NCBI GenBank assembly: GCA_017456555.1 | Contig: JAFTJF010000011.1 | Span: 35,831 to 99,830 of the forward strand | Length of the DNA stretch: 64,000 nucleotides | Origin: Clostridia bacterium | Lineage (GTDB): Bacteria > Bacillota > Clostridia > TANB77 > CAG-508 | Direction of reading: 5' to 3' | Shown here: in pieces, positions 10,373-17,945 of the stretch | How positions within the stretch are numbered: position 1 is the stretch's first letter | Layout of the letters: every line of letters starts with the position of its first letter | The notes under the pieces: generated by a model | What the model was told of the DNA's origin: nothing | The model's input: the letters and a program-made list of their open reading frames with translations, nothing else | The model's database searches: none | Position numbers and translations under genes: made by a program

Positions 10373-12712
10373 TTATTTTAATTCAACAATTGTAACACCC
10401 ATTTCACCTTCACCAAATGTACCAACTCTAAATGATTTTACATGAGGATTTGTTTTTAAGAATTTATGAATACCTGCACGTAGAGCACCAGTTCCTTTTC
10501 CATGAACTATTCTTATAGTTGCAAGACCGCTTAAATAACAATTGTCTAAATATTTGTCTATTACTAAGCAAGCTTCATCAACATTTTGACCAATTACATT
10601 TATTTCAGAAGAAATTGCTTTTGCTTTGAATTCTTTTCTAGAAGAATAATCTTTTTTAGTATTTTGTTTTGATGAAGTGGAATTTGAAAGTTCCAAATCA
10701 GAAATGTCAAAAAACATTTTTCCAAGTCCAAGAGAAACTTGAATTTTTCCATCTTTTGAAATTGATAAAATAGAGCCTTCTTGATTTAATTTTTTAACAA
10801 AAACATTCATTCCAACTTGTAATTCATCTATAGATAATTGCTTTGATGCTTTTGTGTTTTGATTAACTACACTTAATTTATCAATTTTTTCATTTAATTT
10901 ATTTCTTAATTTGTTTGATTCTTTATTACTTGAAGATTTTTCAAGTTCTTTTATAATATCATTTGCATCTTCTTTTGCAGAAATTAAAATATTACGAGCT
11001 TCATCTTTGGCTTTATTTATAATATCTTTTTGTTCTTGATGGAGTTTTGAAAAATCAAATTCTAATGATTTTTTTAGCTCTTCAGCTTTTTTTGAATTTT
11101 CCAAAGTTTTTTGTTTTTCTATTTCAATAGTACGTTTGTCTTCATAAATATTTGTAAGTAATTCTTCAATATTTATTTTTTCAGAATCTATAAATTCTTT
11201 TGCTCTATTTATAATATCTTCAGAAATTCCAAGCTTTCTACTAATTGCAAAAGCATTACTTGTTCCTGGAACTCCTAATAATAATTTATATGTAGGAGAT
11301 AGGGTTTCTAAATTAAATTCAACACTAGCATTTTCAAAACCTTCTGTTACTAAAGCAAAATGTTTTATTTCAGGATAATGAGTTGTTGAAAGTGTTAAAC
11401 ATTTTAAAGAATTTAGTTTTTCTAAAATACTTATTGCTAAACTTGAACCTTCAACAGGATCTGTTCCAGAGCCCAATTCATCAATTAATATGAAACTATT
11501 TTCAGTAGCTTCTTTTAAAATATTTGCAATATTTGTCATATGAGAAGAGAATGTACTTAATGAATCTGCAATACTTTGGTCGTCACCAATATCAGCAAAA
11601 ATGTTGTCTGCAATAAAAATACTGCTTCCTTCTTTAGCAGTGATGTGAAGACCACTCATTGCCATAAGCATCAATATTCCAGCAGTTTTTAAAGTAACTG
11701 TTTTACCACCAGTATTAGGTCCAGTTATAATTAAGCAATTATAATCTTTTCCTATTGGAATATCATTTTTAACAGCTTGATTTTTGTTAAGCAGTGGATG
11801 CCAAGCATTCAATAAATTTATATATTTTTCATCATTTATAATTGGTTCTGTAGCATCTAAGCTATTTGAATATTTTGCTTTAGCAAAAATAAAATCAATA
11901 AGACCAATTAGATTAACATCATTTTCAATATTTGGAATAATATTAAAAAATAAAGAAGTTAGTTTTTGAAGAATTTTTTCGATTTCAATATTTTCTTCAT
12001 TTTTTAAATTATTTAAATCATTATTTAAATCAAAAATTGCAATTGGTTCAATAAAAACAGTAGAACCACTAGAAGAGATATCATGTATAAATCCTTTTAC
12101 ATCTTGGCGGTGTTCATTTTTTACAGGAATAACAAAACGACCACTTCTCATAGTTATAATGCTTTCTTGAACATATTTTGAATTTAAAAAGGAATTTAAT
12201 TTGTTTCTAATTTCTTGTTCTTTTGAGCGAATTGATTTTCTGATGTTTTTTAATTCGGTTGATGCATCATCGGATAAAGTATTTTCATCAACAATTGATT
12301 TTTCAAGTTCTTTTTCTATAGAAGGATTTATATATAAATTGTTAAATAACCCTTCAAGATTTATGAATTCAGACATATCAATTTCAGTTGATGTAAAATA
12401 ATCTTTTAAATTTGAAGATATGTTTAAAATTTTCTTTAAATCTAATAATTGTTTTATAGAAAGAAATAAAGAGCTATTTAATTTTTTTATATGCGGTGTA
12501 ATATCTTCAATTTCAGACATGGGAATAGAACCCTTTCTGTATAAAAGAATTGATGCTTCAGTAGTTTGTTTTAGAGCTTTTTCAATTTCTTTCTTTGAAC
12601 CTAAAGGTTTTAAGTTTTCAGCCAAATCCCTACCAACATAAGTTATAGTATGAGATTTTAAAATATTACATATTTTATTAAATTCAAATTTTTTTAATGT
12701 TTTTAAATTCAT
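10373..12712 (-). CDS. mutS2: Endonuclease MutS2 (MutS ATPase core plus C-terminal Smr domain)
   Basis: Walker A GPNTGGKTVTLKT, DELGSGTDP, and C-terminal Smr motif IRIVHGKGTGALR. Confidence 0.95.
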   Translation of the reverse strand: MNLKTLKKFEFNKICNILKSHTITYVGRDLAENLKPLGSKKEIEKALKQTTEASILLYRKGSIPMSEIEDITPHIKKLNSSLFLSIKQLLDLKKILNISSNLKDYFTSTEIDMSEFINLEGLFNNLYINPSIEKELEKSIVDENTLSDDASTELKNIRKSIRSKEQEIRNKLNSFLNSKYVQESIITMRSGRFVIPVKNEHRQDVKGFIHDISSSGSTVFIEPIAIFDLNNDLNNLKNEENIEIEKILQKLTSLFFNIIPNIENDVNLIGLIDFIFAKAKYSNSLDATEPIINDEKYINLLNAWHPLLNKNQAVKNDIPIGKDYNCLIITGPNTGGKTVTLKTAGILMLMAMSGLHITAKEGSSIFIADNIFADIGDDQSIADSLSTFSSHMTNIANILKEATENSFILIDELGSGTDPVEGSSLAISILEKLNSLKCLTLSTTHYPEIKHFALVTEGFENASVEFNLETLSPTYKLLLGVPGTSNAFAISRKLGISEDIINRAKEFIDSEKINIEELLTNIYEDKRTIEIEKQKTLENSKKAEELKKSLEFDFSKLHQEQKDIINKAKDEARNILISAKEDANDIIKELEKSSSNKESNKLRNKLNEKIDKLSVVNQNTKASKQLSIDELQVGMNVFVKKLNQEGSILSISKDGKIQVSLGLGKMFFDISDLELSNSTSSKQNTKKDYSSRKEFKAKAISSEINVIGQNVDEACLVIDKYLDNCYLSGLATIRIVHGKGTGALRAGIHKFLKTNPHVKSFRVGTFGEGEMGVTIVELK

Positions 12713-12966
12713 AAATAAAATTCCTTTTCATATTATTATACAAATCAAATATAATAATACCATAAATTTCCTTGAAAATAAAGTGATTTAGATTAGATAA
12801 TGCATATGAAATTTTTGGTTAACGAGTGTCATAATGCATAGAATTGACTATTTATGTAAAAAATTGTATAATAAATAGACAAGGTAATCCTTGTTTTTAT
12901 AGATTTCCTTTTTTTTCCACAGCAATGTGTAATATAGAGAACATAATTTAAAGGAGAGAAGAGAAC

Positions 12967-13317
12967 ATGGGAAGAATCAGAATTATTGAACCAAAGGTTG
13001 TATGCAGAATCGCAAAGGTAATGGTACCAGTAAGAAAGCCAGTTATGTTAATTCAGTCAGATAACAATGAATGGGAAGAATTCTTTATTAAAAAGAGAGA
13101 TGCAGCCAAAGACTATTCATTAAAAAAAGAGTTTGATACTTGTAGAGCTGTTATCAAGTGGGCTGAAACATGTGGCGGAAAAATCAACTATTGTGAGAAT
13201 TCGAAAGATTCTTACAAACAACCAGTTATCGAATTAGAATTCACTTTTTCTGATAAGGACTCTTACAATCGTTTTGACGAGAATTTTGATATTTGTGTAA
13301 GAGGTTCTGTGATGTAA
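12967..13317 (+). CDS. Small hypothetical protein (islet gene 1; distant paralogue of 13962-14276)
   Basis: Own consensus promoter (TTGACT 12844-12849, 17 nt, TATAAT 12867-12872), RBS AAAGGAGAGAAG, and its own structured 3' element. A hand-counted sample gives about 40% G+C. Confidence 0.55.
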   Translation: MGRIRIIEPKVVCRIAKVMVPVRKPVMLIQSDNNEWEEFFIKKRDAAKDYSLKKEFDTCRAVIKWAETCGGKINYCENSKDSYKQPVIELEFTFSDKDSYNRFDENFDICVRGSVM

Positions 13318-13325
13318 CATGTTAT

Positions 13326-13375
13326 GGGCGATTGCCCGGAAGTTTGGACCGAAACTGAGAGTTTCGGTCTTTTGC
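13326..13375 (+). terminator. Two-hairpin 3' element, copy 1 (GGGCGATTGCCC, then GACCGAAACT-gag-AGTTTCGGTC, then TTTTGC)
   Basis: Hairpins read directly from the sequence. Homologous to 14284-14340, with compensatory changes in the stem base. Confidence 0.7.
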
Positions 13376-13464
13376 ATTTTACGGTAAAGTAAAATTTGAA
13401 AGAAAATTCAAAAAGTGTTATAATATAAATGTATACACTGGTATACATGAGGGGAGAGAATAGA

Positions 13465-13722
13465 ATGACAAAACGAGACGAAAGAACTTTTAGAGAATTA
13501 AATGACAGCATTGATACATGGATCGTTATTGCTATTATGCTTGTCGTTAGATTTGGAATTCCTTATGCAATCGGATATTATGGAAATATGATAATTGCAG
13601 GTGGTTCTACAGAAGAAAATAGAATGATTGCAAGTGCATTTATGTTTGGCTCTGTAATTATTGGAAGAATTATTGAAGCGATTGTAAACCATATTAGATT
13701 GATAAAAGAAGATCGAATCTAG
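13465..13722 (+). CDS. Small two-TM membrane protein (islet gene 2, 85 aa)
   Basis: Promoter TTGAAA 13396-13401, 17 nt, TGtTATAAT (TATAAT at 13419-13424). RBS GAGGGGAGAGAA before ATG 13465. Two hydrophobic segments. Terminator CCCGG-N8-CCGGG plus T-run at 13736-13766. Confidence 0.5.
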   Translation: MTKRDERTFRELNDSIDTWIVIAIMLVVRFGIPYAIGYYGNMIIAGGSTEENRMIASAFMFGSVIIGRIIEAIVNHIRLIKEDRI

Positions 13723-13961
13723 TCTCCAGAAGAGTTTCCCGGGTAAATGACCGGGGCTTTTTCTTTTGAAACAAATACTATATATAATTTATTTTTAATT
13801 TGTCGAATTGTGTTGAAAGATAACTTAATTTAGGTATTGAAATCTTATGTTAATTGTGATATAATAATCTAACGTATAACTTTTTTATGTTATACTTCCG
13901 ACTTATCGTTTCGTAGTAATGCTTTACTATATACAAAAATACTGAAGGAGGAAGAAAGCAC

Positions 13962-14276
13962 ATGACGAATAATAGTGTAGGAAACGAAATAATAGCTCCG
14001 CGGAAAGTAGAAGTGATAAAATTGGTATCACAAAAGTGGTTGTTTACTATCACTGTTACCAAATATCCGGATTATAAGCTTTCTGAGAAGCTGAGGACAG
14101 AACTGAATCAGTTTGTTGAAAATCTCAAATGCAAACTGGTTGAATGTGGGAGCGGTACGACTCTTAAAACTCCTATAATAGCATATACAGTGAAAATCGA
14201 AAATGATGAAAATGCTGAGGAGCTCGTGAAAAAAATCAAAGAGTACATATTCGCTAACGTAGTACCTATTATTTAA
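13962..14276 (+). CDS. Small hypothetical protein (islet gene 3; distant paralogue of 12967-13317)
   Basis: Promoter TTGAAA, 17 nt, TGaTATAAT upstream; RBS GAAGGAGGAAG. Shares IIxP(K/R), ECGxG and K(Q/T)P(V/I)I..(acidic) patches with gene 1. Confidence 0.55.
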   Translation: MTNNSVGNEIIAPRKVEVIKLVSQKWLFTITVTKYPDYKLSEKLRTELNQFVENLKCKLVECGSGTTLKTPIIAYTVKIENDENAEELVKKIKEYIFANVVPII

Positions 14277-14283
14277 AAGATGT

Positions 14284-14340
14284 GGGGCGTTTGCCCAGGA
14301 GGCTAGGCTAGAACTGAAGAGTTCTGGCCTTTTGCTTTTT
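14284..14340 (+). terminator. Two-hairpin 3' element, copy 2 (GGGGCGTTTGCCC, then GGCTAGAACT-gaag-AGTTCTGGCC, then TTTTGC)
   Basis: Same architecture as 13326-13375. Confidence 0.7.
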
Positions 14341-14348
14341 TATAAGAC

Positions 14349-14385
14349 AAAAAATAAAACTTCAGTATTTCTACTGAAGTTTTTG
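14349..14385 (-). repeat. Terminator-hairpin module, copy A (AAAAAATAAAA, then a hairpin with core CAGTATTTCTACTG)
   Basis: Read on the minus strand it is a hairpin plus U-run, placed directly after the anti-sigma gene. Related to copies at 16070-16112 and 17914-17956. Confidence 0.75.
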
Positions 14386-14386
14386 T

Positions 14387-15292
14387 TTACTTTGTATCTG
14401 CTTGAAGAGTATAACCTTCAAGATTTGGTTTGGCTACATTTTCTTCTGTAACTGCATCTATTTCGAAAACTATATCTGAATAAGTATCTGCATGTATGTC
14501 TCCATATTGAACTCCAGATTTCATTCTAATTGTAATTCCAGTTTCTTTATCAATATATAATGCATTATATTTATCAAAAAGTGGTTTTATTCTATATGCC
14601 TCTTTACCATTGCATATCTCATCAGTTATTATATTGGTAAAACAAGTTAGAATAAATCTTTTTGTGTCATTTACAATTTCTTCTATATGTACAAAGTTAT
14701 TCGGAGATATTTGATAAATTCCATTTGAATCAGGAGTTTCAATCCTATAATTTTTTTCGTTTTCATATATAGCAATTCTTTCTTCTAATACATCTTGATA
14801 AATATATAATTTACTATATGTATCATAGTTTTCTTTTTCACGTAAAGGAGAAAACATATGAATTATTTCATAGAATTTTCCATCTTTATAATATATTTCG
14901 AATACAGAAGTTTGATCATAACTATGATGAGACCATATCATATGATAATTATTAAAATTATAATCTTGTTTATCCCAATTTCTTTTAAGTCTTATTAGAA
15001 TAATTGCATTTCGTACAAACGTAACCATACATATTGTTAATATCAAAATAAGAATAATAGCAATTAATTTTTTTATTTTTTTATTATATTTTTTTGCGTA
15101 TTTTATACTTTTATTAGTAACTTCTTTTTTTTCATTTTCCAAATTTTTTTTCATATTTTCTAGTGTTTCTTTGCAATCATTGCAATCATTTAAATGATTT
15201 TCAATATATTTTTGTGTTTCTTCGGAAGTTAATTCATCAATATAGCTTGGCAATAAATCTTTTATAATTTTACAATTTTCTTTATTTTCCAT
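14387..15292 (-). CDS. Anti-sigma factor (zf-HC2 type): one TM segment and an extracytoplasmic domain
   Basis: N-terminal HLNDCNDCKETL zinc-finger motif and a TM segment (IAIILILILTICMVTF). The start overlaps the stop of the sigma gene. Start taken at ATG 15292, after GGAG. Confidence 0.8.
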   Translation of the reverse strand: MENKENCKIIKDLLPSYIDELTSEETQKYIENHLNDCNDCKETLENMKKNLENEKKEVTNKSIKYAKKYNKKIKKLIAIILILILTICMVTFVRNAIILIRLKRNWDKQDYNFNNYHMIWSHHSYDQTSVFEIYYKDGKFYEIIHMFSPLREKENYDTYSKLYIYQDVLEERIAIYENEKNYRIETPDSNGIYQISPNNFVHIEEIVNDTKRFILTCFTNIITDEICNGKEAYRIKPLFDKYNALYIDKETGITIRMKSGVQYGDIHADTYSDIVFEIDAVTEENVAKPNLEGYTLQADTK

Positions 15293-15767
15293 AACTATCA
15301 ACTCCTTTCATTAATTTGCTTTTTGCTCTATAATATGTAACTCTAGCCCAGTTTTCACTTTTGTTTAATAAATCACCAATTTCTTTAAAACTAAGCTCTC
15401 CAGAGATTCTAAAAAATACAACTTGTCTGCTTGTTTCATCCAAATTATTTATTCTATTTTTTAATTCTTCTTTTTCGTCTTTTGAAACAATTATATCTTC
15501 AATACATTCATTGTATATTTGTTGTCCAATTTTATTGATATCTACATTTTTATTACTTCTTTTTAGTTCATCAAAATATAAATTTTTTGCTATTGAAATT
15601 AACCAGGTTGAAATTTTACATTCATCTCTAAACTTATTAATATTAATTACTGCTTTATAAAAAGTTTCCTGTGTTAATTCCTCAGACAATTCTTCATTAT
15701 GACTTAAATATAATAGATATTTATATACAGTTTCAAAATATTCACGATATATTTTGTCTATATCCAT
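15282..15767 (-). CDS. ECF-type RNA polymerase sigma-70 family factor
   Basis: Region 2 (ELTQETFYKAV) and region 4 HTH (LSFKEIGDLLNKSENWARVTYYRAKSKL). RBS AAAGGAGA before ATG 15767. Confidence 0.88.
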   Translation of the reverse strand: MDIDKIYREYFETVYKYLLYLSHNEELSEELTQETFYKAVININKFRDECKISTWLISIAKNLYFDELKRSNKNVDINKIGQQIYNECIEDIIVSKDEKEELKNRINNLDETSRQVVFFRISGELSFKEIGDLLNKSENWARVTYYRAKSKLMKGVDSYGK

Positions 15768-15917
15768 ATAAATTTCTCCTTTATTGTTAGACTTTTCAAA
15801 GTACATTTCGTTACATATTTTTTTATAAAGATATTTACATTATATCATATTTATAGTATATTCAATGTAAGTTTCTAAATCGTTGACGAATACTATAAAA
15901 AATAGTAAAATAAAAAT

Positions 15918-16054
15918 ATAAATTATCGTCCAAATCTTTGATTTGGTGTCGATAATTATATGCGTTAGCTGGAAATGGAGAAACCACAAACGTGGTTAGC
16001 CGATGAATATGAAAAACACATCTACAACGGTCAAATTACAGATGTGTTTTTTTT
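15918..16054 (+). ncRNA. Candidate small RNA of about 135 nt, divergent from the sigma operon
   Basis: Promoter TTGACG 15883-15888, 17 nt, TAAAAT 15906-15911. 5' hairpin at 15923-15955 (TTATCG/CCAAATC..GATTTGG/CGATAA). Terminator AACACATCT..AGATGTGTT plus T8 at 16015-16054. No convincing RBS or ORF. Confidence 0.35.
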
Positions 16055-16069
16055 ATGTCTATTTTTTAT

Positions 16070-16112
16070 AAAAAATAAAATCCAGTATTTCTACTGGATT
16101 TTGGTGCGCCCT
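16070..16112 (-). repeat. Terminator-hairpin module, copy B, carrying an 11-nt duplicate of the tRNA(CAT) 3' end (TGGTGCGCCCT)
   Basis: 43-nt block identical to 17914-17956 except for two compensatory stem positions. Confidence 0.85.
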
Positions 16113-16172
16113 TACGGGCGTTTTTGTTTATATTTCAATATGTATTAATTATTTGGAAATGAATATGGTAAT

Positions 16173-16796
16173 TTATATTTCTGGCATTGCAACCATTTCA
16201 TCTGTAATTTCTTCGTTATCAAAATAAGTATATATTGTTTCACTCCAAACTTTCACATCACTAAATACTTCGATTTTTTTTATTCTATAATTTTCTTTAT
16301 CAAAATAATAGTTAGAAGTAGGATATTTTACTATATAATAATCATCATTAACTGTTATTTTAACTCTTGGCATATTAGCATAATATAAGTCTAAAAAATC
16401 TAAAAATTCTCTAATTATAGATCTTCCATAACCTATTTTCGTATTTTCTTTAATATTAAAGAGATAAGATTCTTCTGTACTAGTATCTTCATAATGCACA
16501 TAAGTATTATCATCATTTAGACTTATTGATTTTACAATAAAGCCTTTTCTATATATATCTTTAGTAGAATATTTAAATTCATCGTTTTCTTCAAATGCGC
16601 TTGAAGCTTTGTACTCAACTTTAATATGAAAATCATTCATTGCATTATCTATATAGTAACTCATTTCACTTTGTATTCTTTTTATTATCGTATGATTTCT
16701 ATATAGCATAAGAAGTGTAAATGTTAAAACAAATATTATGATAAATAAAATTATTACAAATAAAATAGCTAAAATATTTAAACCTTTTTTCTTCAT
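16173..16796 (-). CDS. Membrane-anchored hypothetical protein (N-terminal TM, extracytoplasmic domain)
   Basis: Strong RBS AAGGAGG and an N-terminal hydrophobic anchor. No family recognised. Weak eyeball resemblance to the anti-sigma ectodomain. Confidence 0.65.
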   Translation of the reverse strand: MKKKGLNILAILFVIILFIIIFVLTFTLLMLYRNHTIIKRIQSEMSYYIDNAMNDFHIKVEYKASSAFEENDEFKYSTKDIYRKGFIVKSISLNDDNTYVHYEDTSTEESYLFNIKENTKIGYGRSIIREFLDFLDLYYANMPRVKITVNDDYYIVKYPTSNYYFDKENYRIKKIEVFSDVKVWSETIYTYFDNEEITDEMVAMPEI

Positions 16797-16931
16797 AAAA
16801 CCTCCTTAATATTTACTTTATAATAAGTATATATATTTTTGTATTTTCTGTCAATAATTATAAATATCAAACGAAGAGGCTAGAGCCCCTTCGTTTTTTG
16901 GAAAACATATGCTATAAGTCAATTATTTTTG

Positions 16932-17375
16932 TTAATTGGTAGTAACTTCCACTGTGCTAAATACCAAGGTAAACATTCCTGCTGCATCTGGATTTTGAAT
17001 TACTACTTCATATATTCCGATCGGCAAATTACATGCAATAGCACTATTAAAAACAGAACTACCGATGCTATGATTACAATGTTTCACTCCTGTTTTAACA
17101 TTGACAAAAGAAATAACAAGTCTGTTAGTACCAAAAGTTCCAGAAGTATAGTTAAAACTCTTGATATTGTTTTTTGTGATTTCGAATGTCATATCCTGAT
17201 CTGAAACGCCTTTTCCTTCATATTTAAATTCATTCGGAGTCTCATAAACTTTTGGCTCAACCAAAATTTCTTTAGAACCAGATGTGTTTTCGACTTCTGC
17301 AGCCATTGCAGGAACTGCCGAAAGCAAACAACAACAAGCCAAAATAACTGCGAAAAATGTTTTAAAAATTTTCAT
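16932..17375 (-). CDS. Small secreted protein (signal peptide ..VPAMA/AEV)
   Basis: RBS TAGGAGGA. Consensus promoter TTGACA, 17 nt, TATAAT about 100 nt upstream on the minus strand. Signal peptide with an AxA cleavage site. Confidence 0.65.
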   Translation of the reverse strand: MKIFKTFFAVILACCCLLSAVPAMAAEVENTSGSKEILVEPKVYETPNEFKYEGKGVSDQDMTFEITKNNIKSFNYTSGTFGTNRLVISFVNVKTGVKHCNHSIGSSVFNSAIACNLPIGIYEVVIQNPDAAGMFTLVFSTVEVTTN

Positions 17376-17913
17376 ATTGTCCTCCTATCATCGCATATGT
17401 TTTCCATTCTTCATAAAATAGGATATCATTAATTACTCCTAAATATGAAGAGAGTTCATTTAGAACGGAAATTATTATACTGTGAGAGTATATATATGTC
17501 AATTAAAGATGGCGAAAAGTGGCGATTTCTATATGGTCAATTATACAATTAAATATGCAAAATATATTTACAGTTTATAAGTAGATTATTGGTATATTAT
17601 TAACCATTAAAGATTTTATAAATATGGAAATATTCTTTTAAAAAACTGTAAATTTAACATTTTGAAAAAACAATGGAAAGAGTTTAAACAGAAAAAATGA
17701 CAACAAATTACCATTTATAATAAGGAAATAAATTTCCTTATTCACACAGAAACTCAAACCTGAGTTTCTATAGAAAGTAAAAAAAATACATTCCCAAAAT
17801 TGAACTTGGGAATGTAAATTAAAAAAGTTTGAGAAATTTTGTGAGAGTTTCAAAAATATCAAAAACCACAAATGGCTCTAAATGAGCCTTTCTCAGACTT
17901 CATAACTTTTTTA

Positions 17914-17945
17914 AAAAAATAAAAACCAGTATTTCTACTGGTTTT
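17914..17945 (-). terminator. Terminator-hairpin module, copy C, immediately downstream of tRNA(CAT)
   Basis: AACCAGTA-tttc-TACTGGTT with a U-run on the minus strand. The repeat block continues 11 nt into the tRNA (to 17956). Confidence 0.85.

Noticed and set aside
13318-14340. The idea that the small islet genes are integron cassettes and the 3' elements are attC sites.
   Set aside because: Each gene has its own consensus promoter. The elements end in U-tracts like ordinary terminators. I see no RYYYAAC / GTTRRRY core sites, and no integrase or attI nearby.
15975-16148. 57-codon ORF (MEKPQTWLADEYEKH...) inside the candidate sRNA region.
   Set aside because: It has no Shine-Dalgarno sequence, and it reads through two terminator hairpins and the tRNA-end repeat. 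The C-terminal half is translated terminator sequence.
17638-17871. 77-aa minus-strand ORF in the gap next to tRNA(CAT).
   Set aside because: It has Phe/Leu/Asn low-complexity composition, no RBS, and spans the three hairpins. It is treated as non-coding.
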